64,000 bases of DNA from Lama guanicoe (taxonomy: Eukaryota). Both the position numbers and the translations under genes were made by a program. Location: NCBI GenBank assembly GCA_013239625.1, contig MU053881.1, positions 6,595,957-6,659,956 on the forward strand, given 5' to 3'. The notes beneath the pieces were generated by a model. That model saw only the letters and a list, made by a program, of their open reading frames with translations. It did not search any database and was not told the origin of the DNA. The first letter of the stretch is position 1; every line of letters starts with the position of its first letter. Below, piece after piece: positions 52,353 through 64,000 of the stretch.

Positions 52353-54164
52353 GAACCTCATGCAGCTGAATCACTGAGGCAGAGAGAGGAGATCTGACCT
52401 GTGAACAAGTGTGTATCAGGTGGAACACGCGTGACTCTTGAATTAGAAAGTGCCTGGACAGGGAGATGGGAGGACAGGAGGGTTCTACAGGGGAGAGTGG
52501 GTCGTGGGGACGTGTGGGGGAAGTTATCACAGCCACAGACAGTCGGGCAATTACGGAGCTTGGGTACTACACGTTCGCCTGTATTACCTCAGTCACTCTC
52601 CACAACACACAACCGTATGAGTCTCATTTGTTATTGTTTCCATTATATGAGTGAGAGAAGTCAGTTTAGGAAGGTGAAGTAACTTGCCAAGGTCACACAG
52701 TTAGTGGCAGACACAGGATTCAACCCCAGGAAGCCTGGCCCCAGGGCCTGGCCCTCAGCTGCAGATTCCTGGAGGTGTGTTTGTTTTTCTTAAATATGTA
52801 ACAGGTAAGTGTTTGCTTATTTTTAAAACAAGTTACTGAAGTATAAATAGAACTGACTGTCAGTCTGGAAGAAAACTTAAAGATCATCTAACTAGAAGCT
52901 TTCAGTTTATTTTATCGCTATTATTGTTACCATTATTACAATTATTCATCAGTAGCAGTGATGGTAATAATGGCAGCTGGAGAGCCTTTGGTCAAACAGA
53001 ATCTCTCGTGGAACCTTGTGAAGAAAGGAGGGAGGCGGCCCCAGGTGAGGCAGGGTGTGCGGCCCAGGGAAACCAACCCTGGCCTCCTGTCTGTGTCCTG
53101 CGGAGGGAGCGACCCCACGTGGACCCGCCAACGCTCTTCCTGCGGCAGCCTGGCGCCGAGCCGTCCCCGGGCTGCTGCCGCCCTCTGCTGGTCACAGCTG
53201 GAATCGGAGGACATCTCCTCCCGGCGATGGGACACAGGAAATTCCAACCCGGGCAAGGGTGCTGCTGAGGCTCCCCGAGTACCCACCGCTCCCACAGCCC
53301 TGTCATCGCTGTGTGTGGAGGGGCCACGCGACTGGGTGGGAGCTAAAGGATGAGACTGCTTTATGTGGGGCCTGGTGCCCCCAGGTTAGCTCTGGACGTC
53401 TGGACCGGGTTGCAGAGGAGGAAGGGCCAGGCAGCCTGGAGAGGGCTGGGAGGAGGAGGAGGAGGAAAGTCCTACTGGAATGGCTGGGACCAGCCCACTG
53501 TGGCCTTTCAGTGACAGACCTACACCCTGAATCCAACAATTACTGCTCTTCTTTTCAGAAACTGCCGCTCAGAACAATCACACAACTTCCATCCCATAGC
53601 GGTCAAGACCTTGGACTAGGAGGTCAAACTGGATTCGAGTCGCAGGCACTAGATGTGTGTCCTTAGCGAGTCGCTTCATCTCTCCAGGGCCCACTTTCTC
53701 CTCGGGAACCAGGGACGCTGCGGGCCTTAGAGAGGAGAGGAACGGGCCCCCACGAGCCAGTGCAGGTGGAGGGCTGGCACACGCCTGGCGCGGGGCGAGG
53801 CTGGGAGCCGTGAGGCAGGCGCAGTTACTGTCACCACAGCACACTAGCAAATGCCTGCGGGGATTAGAAGCAGGTCTGGCTTGCTTCCCCTGAAGGGCAG
53901 GGAGGGAGCTGTGAGCCAGGACGCTGGAGCGTGGGCTCAGGTGACAGGTGGTGCTGTCTGAAATGCAGACTGCACACCTGGGCCCTCCAGCAGCCACCTC
54001 AACTCTTGCCTGAAGTCTGGGTGCTGGAGATTTCTGAGCACTTCTCCCTCCCACCCCAGGAGCCACACTTCTTCACTTGGGCACCCGCCACCCACTCTGC
54101 TTTGAGCTGGACAGAGAGACTATAGACAACTCTTTCTCCTGGGGTCCCTGCCCCATTTTGTTCG

Positions 54165-54545
54165 ACATTCGTTTATTCAGCAAATATTTACTGAATGCCT
54201 TTTCTGGGCCCACCTCCATTCTAGGGGCAGGGGGCTCGGCAGTGAACAAAATAGATGATCAACCTGCCCTCATGGAGCTTACACTTAAGCAGGGGTAAAG
54301 GGAGACAGGAAATCAACGTATAAACAAGTAGAATATGTAATGTGATCAAGAATGAAATATCAGGGAGAAACCAGAAAGCACAAGGAAGAGGGAGGAGGGG
54401 AGCTGTCTGAAATGGGTGGTTAGGGAAGGTCTCCCCAAGGGGACACTTAAACATAGGGAGGTGAGAGATTGTGGATGCCTGGGGGAAGGGCGCTCCAGGC
54501 GGAGGGTATATCACGAGCAAAGGCCCTGAGTAGAGGAGGGACATG
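54165..54545 (-). mobile_element. L2 fragment
   Basis: ttattcagcaaatatttactgaatgcct...cagtgaacaaaatag...cctgccctcatggagcttaca...ggttagggaaggtctc. Confidence 0.7.
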
Positions 54546-54618
54546 GTCTCATTTACTTTGTAGAGTATCCCTTTGTCTGCCGGCAAAGAATGGATTAAAA
54601 GAGTGGAAGGCAAGAGGT

Positions 54619-54747
54619 GGGGAGGGTGTAGCTCAGTGGTAGAGCTCATGCTTAGCATGCACGAGGTCCTGGGTTCAGTCCCCAGTACCTCCATTAAAAA
54701 AAAACCAAACAAACCTAATTACCTCCCCCCGAAAAAAACCAAAACAA
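54619..54747 (+). mobile_element. Camelid tRNA-Ala-derived SINE (Vic-1 type)
   Basis: GGGGAGGGTGTAGCTCAGTGGTAGAGCTCATGCTTAGCATGCACGAGGTCCTGGGTTCAGTCCCCAGTACCTCCA with A/B boxes and an A-rich tail. Direct repeat AAAAGAGTGGAA at 54597-54608 and 54748-54759. Confidence 0.88.
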
Positions 54748-56437
54748 AAAAGAGTGGAAAGAGGAGGGAGCGGGAGCTTGCCAGTGAGAAAGCTTTGCCA
54801 GCCATCTGGGGTCTGAGGAGAGGCATGTCTGGGCCAGTGGTTCCTCACTCTAAGAGGGCCAGGGAGGGGCTGCAAAGGACAGAAGAATCCAGGTACCCAA
54901 GCACAGGATATCCTGGAATACATGTGTGTGTCTTTATTCTAATCCGTGGTCGTAAAAATAATGTCAATTTTAAAATGTTGCCAATTCATTGTACGTTTTG
55001 AATGCATCTATGTTTTCTTTCAGCAGCTCCTACCCTTTGTTCTGTCGGTGGTGTGGACGGACTAGGGTTGAGGGCCTACCCAGGAGGTGGACTTTGAATG
55101 CTCACAGCCTAGTTTACAGGCCGGGCTCTGCTGCCACTACTATCCATGTCCTTGGGCAGATCGTTTCACATCGCTGAGCCTCTGTGTACCCGTCTGTGAA
55201 GTGGGGATGACAGGACCTGCCCCAGGGCCGTTGGTACTGTGGGTAGAGCACTCTGCATGCAGGAGGGTTTATAGGAGGTGCTCGCTTTCTGCCCCGCCTC
55301 GTGCCCCCTAATAGCCCGCCTCTGTTCTTGCTTTACCACGGGCTTGCTGTGTGATCGCGGGGGACCTGTCCGTCTCTTTGGTCCCTCATTTCCTCCCATA
55401 TCCAACAGGGATACATGCACGATGGAAAACACCTGTTCAGAGGGCTGGGATCAGGACGCGTGATGTGTCATATGGGTTGAGCCACTGATGAGGTCTCTGC
55501 ATTCAGAAAGCGCTCAGACAGTACTCTCCTTGTGGGTGGATCAGGGCTCCTGGCACAGAGGAGCAGGCCCGGGACAGCCCGGCCAGGTTCCAAGGCCTCG
55601 GGCCTGTCCACACAATCCCCTGTGGTTACCACTCTGACCTTTAGAGCGGCTGGTCCATTTGCCCTCTGTTTTCTGCCTCTGTTGTCCCTGTATATCCTTC
55701 CTGCCTCCACAGGCTGATGGGCAGAACTCCAGGGCCCAGGTCACTCCCTGGTGACCTCATCCTGCATCACACAGTCCTACACCCGTGACTCCACCATTTA
55801 TATCTCCCTCCAGGCTCCCTCCTGAACTCCAGACTCTGACCATCCTGATGGGGGCCACCATCCCCTCCCACTAGGTGCTTGTAGAAACTTCCCAGGTGTC
55901 CCCTGTTTCTGCTTGGGACCCCTCCCCCAGTCTCTGCACAACACAGCCGCCAGGGGGATCCTGTTACAATGCCGTCAGATCTTGTCTCTTTTTCACTGCA
56001 GACCCTCCTCCCTCTCTCCTGCAGAGTAACAGCCACAGCCCTTCCCATGCCCGCACCTCCCTGGCCACCTCACCTCTACCCTCCCCTGGGTTCTCTGACC
56101 CAGGCATGTTCCTGGCCTTGCACTGGCCGTTGATTCTGCCAGAAAAGCTCTCCTCTCAGAGACCCGCTCATCCACCCCAGCCGCCTTCAGGTTACACTCC
56201 ATCAGGCTCTCCTGACCCCTCTGGCTGACATTTCTGTTTGTTCCCTACTTGATTTTTTTTCCTTTGCTCTTACGACGGGATGTCCTACTTACTTCTGTTA
56301 CCTTGTTTGTTGTCTATATCTCCACTAGGGTGTCTGCTCCCCGGGATGTTGCTCCCTGATACCCCTCCACTCTAAGTCGCACCTGGCTCCCTGTACCACT
56401 CAGCGCGGATTTCTGCTCAGGCCTGTCTAGCCCTCTT

Positions 56438-56456
56438 TGGGCACCAGGTGGCGCCC
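56438..56456 (+). promoter_or_regulatory. Candidate CTCF binding site
   Basis: TGGGCACCAGGTGGCGCCC closely matches the CTCF core CCA(C/G)(C/T)AG(A/G)(G/T)GGCGC. Confidence 0.55.
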
Positions 56457-56729
56457 CACACCGCTCCAAGCTCCTGGCTTCCTCGGCCCTTGTAGGAATG
56501 AGAGATGCTGAGAATCTGCCCAGGGGAGGCCTGTGGCCAGATCCCCGCAGCGCCCTCGCCTTGAAAAGAGGATTCCTTCCCTGACCCCACAGTGAGGATG
56601 GCTCCTTTTAGATCTGGGGATTCATCATTTTTCCTCGTGGAAGAGGCTTCTCCTCGAGGCCTCTTCCTGGTTTAGTCTGGTCTCAAGTGCCCCTCGCCCT
56701 CCCCTATGCCAGGGACCCCTGCGGAGGGC

Positions 56730-56930
56730 CTACTGTGTGCTAGGTGCTGTGCTGGGTGCTTTTCCTCAGTTGTCCCACTAAATCCTCGCCATAGCTGTTT
56801 CCATTTGTAGACTTTGTGGATGTGGAAACGGGGGTTCAGAGAGGCCTGGTTGCTTGCCTGAGGTCACACAGCTGATAAGAGCAAAGCTGGAATTCGAACC
56901 CAGGCCCTCTTGACTCAAAGTCAGGGCTCT
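56730..56930 (-). mobile_element. MIR SINE
   Basis: cctactgtgtgctagg...ggaaacgggggttcagagagg...ttgcctgaggtcacacagct...ggaattcgaacccagg. Confidence 0.75.
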
Positions 56931-59368
56931 TCCGGTGTGTCAGATGTCCCCCACTCTCCCCACTGAGCAGAGAATGGCCTGGAGAGAAGGCAAAGCCGGA
57001 GGCGGCTGGTCCATCCTTAGGTAATCACAATTCAGGAACCAAGGACAGGAAATGACACTTGTTTGCACTGCCCGTTCATTTCATTTCATTTCCTTACTGC
57101 CCAAGTCCCTGACAACAAGGATGTGCAGACCGAGCCCAGAGAGGTTCTGGTACTTGCCCAAGGTCACGCAGCAGAGCTGTGTTCTTTCTTCCCACCTCCC
57201 AGCCTCGGGGGCCTGCAAAGAGCTGCCTGGGGTGGGGAGGCAGGGCTCTCCGCAGCCTGTGCCAAAGGAGGCCGCGTGCAGGGACAGCTGAGTAGACGCT
57301 CTTCAGGGCCTTGAAAGGAAGCACCCTGGGCGGGGGTGAAGCCCAGGAGGGGGCCTCTTTGGGTAGAAGGAGATACAGGATTTGAAGAGAGAGTAGCAAT
57401 TACAGAAGAATCGATGATCCAGAGGCTTTGGTGGGTCAGGGTCTGACCTCAGGGTTCTCGCAGGGGTTTCTGAGTCCCTTCCCTGTCCTGGCACCCGGGT
57501 ATTTACTTCCCTCATGCCTGCAAACCTGATGCTCACCTCCTGCTCCCAGATGCAGGTGAGTCTGGGCTGTGACAGGGGCAGGAGGGCAGGCCAGGAAGGA
57601 AGGGCCTTTGCTGTGGGGAGGGCTCAGCGCTGAGTGGGCAGACCGCTGTCTGTCTGTCTGTCCTGGATGCCGAGCTGGGCTGGGAAGGGGAGGCCCGGCT
57701 CTGACACGCTGGGGGTGTCCCCGAGAGGTGGTGGGCGTGCTTGACGTCATGGCGCTGCCCTCACTGAGCTGTGTGTGCAACGCTCCCCCTTCCCTGGTCG
57801 CCAGCTGGTCAGCGGTTACACGAGGATTCCTCCCAGGCCTGTGGCCCCGCGGCCCCCAGGGCTCAGGGTGGGAAAGAGGTCCTCACTAAACACTGACTGA
57901 GCCTGCCTACGCCCCAGGCCCTGCCTTAGTCTCTTCTTCCCACAGGGCTGTGAGCTTCCCGCGGGGAGGGGCTGGGCTGCATCAGCCCTTATCCCCGAAG
58001 TCGGCCTTCATCTCACGATCTCATCACCCTCACTCCTGCTCTTCGCCAGAGGAGCCCCGCCGACCCCTGCCCCCGGCCCCCGGCCCGCTCCGCAGGCCCT
58101 GACTGGCCCAGGGGATGGGCTGGGTGTCCCCGGAGAGTCCGCTCAGCCCCTGCCTGCTCCCCTCCCCAGCACCAGCCCCACCGGGAGGAGGACGGGTCCA
58201 AGCTCTCACCTCGGGCAGGTGGGAGAGGGGACCGTTTCCTTTCACAAAACCTATTGTTTATGGGGAATCTGGCCTGTCTGCTCTCTCTTTTTCAGGTTCA
58301 GGTTTAGGTGTGTTCCACAAATATGTTTGGGGTGCACTTGGTGTCACCTGTGCTGGGGATGAGATGGGACATGGGGGTGGGGAGCTGGGGGTGGCAGCCC
58401 TGAAGGCGGATGCAGTCCTGCAGGGGGAGGGTCCGGCTGTCCAGGGGTGCCAGCCAGGGCGCCAAGGTGGGGTGAGCACTGGCAAAGAGGCCGGCGCTGC
58501 CGGGGTGGGCGGGGGGAGAGGGTAGCAGGACCACCGCATCCCAGTTGCCACCTCTGGGCCAGAGTGGCTTCACGGCTGCAGGGCCTTCCATTGGCCGCAG
58601 GGGCCCTTCCTCACGCCCCCTGCAGGCAGATGGGTCTCTGACTGTCTTGCTGGGGGCCTGGATAGCCAGGCCCCCTCTCAGCATAGGGCCTGTTCCTGGA
58701 CAGTAGCCCCTTGGAGTCCTGGGTTTTGGCCTTACCCTTCTGGTCTGTCTCTTTCCTTCCAGCCCTGACCTAGGACCTTAGCCAAGAGGTATCTGTGTGG
58801 ACAAGTCCCCCACTCCCTGACCCCCAGGGCTCGCCCTGTCCGAATCCCCAGCCTGCCTCCAGCCTGCACCCCACCCCACCCTCAGAGCCCCCGGACCTGT
58901 GCCGGGTCAGGAACGAGGGTCTGAGTCCCAGGGCGGCGGGTTTAAGCGGCCAGGCTAGCGTGCGATCGATGCACGTGTCAGGGGTGAAGGAGGGAACAGA
59001 TGAATCTGAACGGCAAATCCACAGATGAGGGAGGCGGGGGGGGGCAAAGGGATTTGCCTTCCGGAGTCAGCCTGGAGCCTGATGGATGGAAGCACTTTGT
59101 GGGGGCTGGTGGGGAGGGCGAAGCCTGTCGGAAGCCCCGGGCGGGCTCCGGGCCAGAGCTGCCCGCAGTGTCATGGGCTGCAGGCTGGAAGGAGGAGAGA
59201 AGGCCCTGGGCAGATTTTCTGTCTGACCCTCAGTGCCTGGCCAGAGCTCCCCCATGGGGGCCGGGGGCCACACCTGCACTGTGCAGAGACCCCAAATATG
59301 AATCCTGCGAATTAACCTTGAGCTCCCCTCCAAGAGCAGCTCCATTACCAAAAACAAATGCACCACAG

Positions 59369-59370
<2 letters not shown>

Positions 59371-59416
<46 letters not shown>
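59371..59416. repeat. (GT)23 microsatellite
   Basis: Direct reading. Confidence 0.97.
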
Positions 59417-59420
<4 letters not shown>

Positions 59421-60026
59421 ATTCATATATTGATGGGCGTCTTAGCGGGACAACCAGGCTGGAGCAAGATCATTAAATCATGGCTTTAGAGCCCAGATCC
59501 TGGGCATGGAAAACGCCCCATGTCGCTTTCTATGACAGTTATGAAGAAATAAATGCCGCCTTCTTACTACATATGTTAACTGATTTTTTTTTCCCCATCC
59601 AGTGTTCCTGGCATCTTCCTCATAGGGTCTTGTGGCGGGTGTTACAGGCCAGGGAGCAAACAAATTCAAATGTGTGGAGTCAGAGAGACTGAAGCTGAAA
59701 ATTCTAGCTTTCATGCCTATTGTGCAGTTTTGAGGACCTTGACCTTCCGGAACCTCAGTTTCCCCACTTGTAATGATGGGGATAATTATCTGCAGGTGCT
59801 GTTATCAGGACGCGAAGCCCTGACTTGCACAAAGGGAGGCAGGTCCACCGTAGCCCTGGGGAGGGTTTGTCTGACCTCTTGGTGATGCAGGAGGCAGTGC
59901 GCAGGGTGGAGAGGGAGGGTGGGAGGGGGCGGCGGGCCATGGGCTGCCTGGGAAGGCGCTGGGCCCAACAGTTTCCACTTAGGACAAACACCACTGCAGA
60001 GACCCTCTCGGCTGCAGAACGCCATC

Positions 60027-60060
<34 letters not shown>

Positions 60061-60070
60061 CGCGTGTGTG
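60027..60070. repeat. Compound (TG)13(CG)6(TG)3 microsatellite
   Basis: Direct reading. Confidence 0.95.
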
Positions 60071-61204
60071 CTCGTGCACACACATGCACACTCTCGGGGG
60101 CCAGAGGGGAGCAGGTGACCCCAAAGGCAGGAAATCCCCATGTGCTTCACCACAAGTCGGGGTTGGGGGAGAGGAAGGAGGGCCAGGCCGGAATCCTGCT
60201 CCACACCTGGGAGATTGGACCAGGCATGGCTTCCGGGGTGAAGATTTTTTAATTAAAAGCTCTGACATTTACTAGAGAGAGAGGAAACCTGACATCCCCA
60301 TGCTGCTGAGATGCTTCCTTGGGGCCTCAGGGCTCTGGAATCAAGGGAGCCCCACACCCTTCTCCTCTCCAGCCCATCCTTTAAAGCATGAGCGTGTCCC
60401 CGGCCTGGGCCTCGGTGCTGGCGGGGCTGAGAGGGCAGGGGAGGGGGTGGGGGGCAGGCGGGCTTCCGCAAGCCTGGGCCTTTTGGTGCATGACTCAAGG
60501 AGGTATGAACGCCACAGGCTGGTTCAGAGCAGACCCTCCAAGTGCTGTCTTCAAGTCCAAGCAAAGTGCTGCCGGCTTCGGTGGACGCCTGAGGGCCAGG
60601 GACCGCCCCCGGTGCTCGGGCACTGTGTCCACGGGGTCAGCCAGGCTCTTGGGCCATGGCAGGAGGACCTGGAGTTTTGCCATTTTTCTGGGACTTGCAG
60701 TGACCTCAGCCCCTTTCCAGCACATCCTGGCTTCCTGAGAAGCAACAGCCGACTCCTTGGGGGTGGAGGGTGGCAGCCCAGGCTGGTGTGGGTCAGGCAA
60801 ACCTGGCTCTGGGCCCAGTGGGGAGTGCAAGGGGTTTGCTCGTGGGCAGAGGAAATCTGCCTGAAGGCACTCGAGGAGCAGAGCCAGCTCCCAGGTGACT
60901 CAGCGGGGATGTCCCCGGGGCCCCATCCCAGGTGGTGTGTGGATGCAAGACTGGGCCTGGAGGGGCTCAGCCTGGGCCTCGGGGCTGCTGATGCAGAAAA
61001 GCGATTAATGACCAGCCCTGGGAGGCCTGAGAGCCAGGCCTGGAGACACAGATATTCCCTATTATGACATTAATGTTTTTCTCATACAGTTCAGGGCCAT
61101 TAGCAGCTTTGTCACAGGAGCCGCCTTTGAGAGCCGCTGAACACCTGGTGGGCGGGCTGTGCCGGAGCTGGGGTGGTGGTCCTGACCGTCTTCCCCGCAA
61201 AGTC

Positions 61205-61230
61205 CACACACACACACACACACACACACA
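61205..61230. repeat. (CA)13 microsatellite
   Basis: Direct reading. Confidence 0.95.
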
Positions 61231-61504
61231 CCACAAAGGGATGGGGGACAGCCAGGGCCATGGCCCACATCGGCCCCCAGGGAGGACACTGGCCTCCGGT
61301 CCTGCTGCAGCCACCAGGTCACTTTCTCCCCAGAAGGTCACCTGCCTCTCTGTCCCAGGCTCCCAAGCCCGCTGGGCCTAAGACACAGCTCACACCCTCG
61401 CTGCGAGGGAGGCTGGGAAAATGAATATCTCTTCTTCTGGCTTCTCAAGAGGGAGGTGGACCCTGCCCCCCACCAAACTCATTAGATGGGGAGTTTCTCA
61501 AACC

Positions 61505-61600
61505 TGTCCCACTTGGACCCATCACTGGGTTCAAAGCAGCACTGTGCCCGTCCCAGTGACTCTGTAATGCGTCATATTGTTTTCCTGCCTTTCAAATGCT
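61505..61600 (+). repeat. Copy 1 of a ~100-bp dispersed direct duplication (copy 2 at 63018-63121)
   Basis: 88/96 aligned positions identical plus one 8-bp indel (hand alignment). Confidence 0.9.
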
Positions 61601-62287
61601 GAAATAGCCATCCCAAACCCTGCCAAAGATAAATGAGATTACATGCAACTGTGTGACAGCCTCACTGCATCGTGCCCCCAGACAGCTAGGCTGCAGCCCA
61701 AGAGGTCCAGCTTCTGACTCTTGTCCAGGCAGCAGTAGGACAGGAGAGGGGAGAGGGTGCCTTGGGGCTGCAGAGTCAGGGATGCAGCAAAGGACACTTC
61801 CCACCCCTGCCCACCCCTGAGTTAGCGTCCCTGTCCTGGTCCAGCACGGTTAGCTGGACATGGAGTTTCTAGTCAACTTGAAGCAGTCGCCCCAGATCGT
61901 CCCTTTCAGCAGTACCTACTCTTTTTCAGTTGGTTTCCTGGCTTACACGCAGGGAGCGGTGACACTTGCTCAGGGTGGTGTGGGAGGGGTTGGCATGCTC
62001 TCTCCACCCTTATCAGAAAGCCAGCAGGCTCTGATTGCCAGAGCTAAGAGCCTGGAGTCTACCAGTCCTGGGCTTGAATTTCAGCCTCCACCCTAATAGC
62101 TGGGGAGGCTTGGACAAGTGGCTGAGCCTGTTTCCCTGTGTGTTGAATGCAAGTACTCAGACCTGATGGCAGGGTTACTCTAAGACTTAAAGGAAGTAAT
62201 GATTCCAACATGCTTAGCATAGCGCCTGGCACACATACAGTCTGATCTCCACAACAGCTATGAGTGGTCATATCCTCCTCTGCCCAT

Positions 62288-62813
62288 GATGTGGGAAGCC
62301 CCATGTAAAAGACGGCAGGACCCTTAGGCAGGGCCATTACTCTCCTTCTAGCACCATTCAGTTAGTTCCCTGGCCCAGTGGCATTATCTCGCTTTTTAAC
62401 TCTGAAACCGCCTACTTCTAGGAAAGTGGAACTTACCCCTAAGAGTCTATTGGTTCCTTGAGCTAACTCCTGATTGGTCCATTTGTAGTGCCTCATTTGC
62501 ATGGAGCTCACTCCTGATTGGTCCCTTTCTATCACTCCTGATTGGTCTATTCCTACAAAGCTTGTTCCTAATTAGTCACCTTTGTTATACCTTATTTGCA
62601 TATGATGTTGCAAAGTATAGACTGGCAGCCTATAAAAACCTGTGTAAACCTACAGACGGGGTCCAGAGCTTGGAGTGTTAACTCCTCTGGGCCCGCCAGC
62701 GTAATAAACCTGAGTTCTCCAACTCTCGGAGTGCTGCTTGGTCTCTTGCCAGGATCCAGGTTGCTGACACAACTGAGCTGTAACACCGAGCTATAACACA
62801 CTTTGCTGCAACA
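62288..62813 (+). mobile_element. Solo LTR of an endogenous retrovirus (probably lineage-specific, ERV1-like)
   Basis: Repeated CTGATTGGTC CCAAT boxes, octamers at 62495 and 62594, TATAAAA at 62631, AATAAA at 62703, and a 3' end ...GCTGCAACA. The 5' boundary is uncertain and no TSD was identified. Confidence 0.75.
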
Positions 62814-63017
62814 CTTAGACCTTCCAGTGACCTCCAAACTCCTAACCACTGCCTGCAAGGCCCGCAGGGCCGGGGTCAGCCTCCTCCTTGGCCTCATTCC
62901 CCACCACTCACTCCATCCCTCACTATACCTCGGGCCTGCTATGTCCAGCGATGTTGCTGCCGCCTTGGGGCTTTGCCCGAGCTCCTCCCAAGGTCTGTGA
63001 CACTCGTGTCCCATTTG

Positions 63018-63121
63018 TGTCCCATTTGGACCCAAGACTGGGTCCAAAGCAACACTGCTGCTCAGTGCCCGTCCCAGTGACTCTGTAACGCGTTGTATTG
63101 TTTTCCTGCCTTTCAAATGCT
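63018..63121 (+). repeat. Copy 2 of the ~100-bp dispersed direct duplication
   Basis: tgtcccatttggacccaagactgggtccaaagc...gtgcccgtcccagtgactctgtaa...ttgttttcctgcctttcaaatgct. Confidence 0.9.
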
Positions 63122-64000
63122 CTGCACGCTGTGTAATCACTGCAACGGAAGGTGGAGGGACACATCCTGCTGCCCAGGATTTTAGCTGAAGCTTAAAATC
63201 TGTGGACAATGGCTGGGAAATTACCCTCAATAAAGAAATAGGACAAATACATGAACAGAGTTACTGGATGCATGTTAGACTTGCTGAGAGAAAGTGGGGT
63301 TGGTTTTGTGATGCCCACCCCATCCCAGTGTACAGGAGAGGCTAGATGTTTCTAAGGAGACGGAGGAAGGAAATTTGTAGGCGGAAAGAGCACTTTGGAT
63401 TTTTCTCTTTCCCTTCCATGCAGGGGGGCTCCCCTGGGTCACATCCCAGTGATGGGGAGCCAGGAGAACCCCTCCCAGACCTGAGGTGCCCATGTGAAGG
63501 GGACCCATGCCACAGCCAAGGGTCCTGAACTGCAGACACATAGTGTCTTGACAACAGAGCCCCTGAGAGAGAGAGACCGGGGTGGAGCGGGGGATAGGCT
63601 TCCTGTGTCCCTGGGGACTGGGGGGTGTATGTGAGCATAGAGACTGGAGGTTGCATCCCCTGGAGGGTTCAGGAGGCTGGGTCTGTGCTGAAGCAGTCTC
63701 AGGTGGCTGATTACAGAGAGAGGGCAGCTGAGCACTGCCATTTGGTAAGGCGAGGGTTTGCACGTTTCCTGCAGCCAGGGGCGCTGAGGAAGGTAAGCAG
63801 ACTTGAAGCATTTGCTTGAGATCCCCTCCCCTCCCTGCCAAGACGGCTGCTGCCGGCAGAACCCAGGCAGAGAGAGGCTATGAATGACTGAGGGGTGAAG
63901 AGGACCCAGGAGCGGGAGACATGGGGATGTTTACAGAAGCTCAGCTGGCAAGGGGCAACAGATGGACAGGCAGCCCTCCACCAAGGAGCCCCACAAAAGG

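Noticed and set aside
54619..54693. Apparent tRNA-Ala gene
   Set aside because: An A-rich tail, TSD and a second diverged copy at 47408-47498 identify it as a SINE.
60300..61067. 255-aa ORF and neighbouring long ORFs at 53055-54066
   Set aside because: Stop-codon scarcity in GC-rich DNA; overlapping ORFs in many frames with no protein resemblance.
62592..63230. 212-aa minus-strand ORF
   Set aside because: Runs through LTR and duplicated sequence, with no gag/pol/env similarity.
1..64000. Prokaryotic-type systems (operons, CRISPR arrays, IS elements)
   Set aside because: The sequence is mammalian (MIR, L1, L2, MaLR, tRNA-SINE), with no repeat-spacer array or dense coding.

Overview
Mammalian, repeat-rich, intron-like DNA. 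It is most likely camelid (camel/alpaca), judged from two tRNA-Ala-derived Vic-1-type SINEs and young cetartiodactyl-type L1 3' ends. The only coding signal I can support is a 109-nt first exon on the minus strand (19579-19471) encoding MWAEGESEGLQTLGIVVVVCSSLKLLHYLGLIDLSD. It aligns without gaps to the N-terminal transmembrane K-channel inactivation suppressor (KIS) segment of KChIP4a/2x/3x. It has a TATA-like box upstream, a phase-1 GTAAGC donor, and a near-perfect REST RE1 site about 160 bp into the next intron. I infer the window lies in the large 5' intron region of KCNIP1 (minus strand), with the shared core exons beyond the left edge. Other notable items: a tailless 5'-half tRNA-Ile retrocopy with a 16-bp target-site duplication and a GAT anticodon (possible fossil of I34 editing), a ~95%-identical local inverted copy of an ancient MLT1A LTR, a ~100-bp non-tandem local duplication, and a motif-rich solo LTR. 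Repeat family names and protein comparisons come from remembered consensus sequences, not from searches, and repeat boundaries are approximate.
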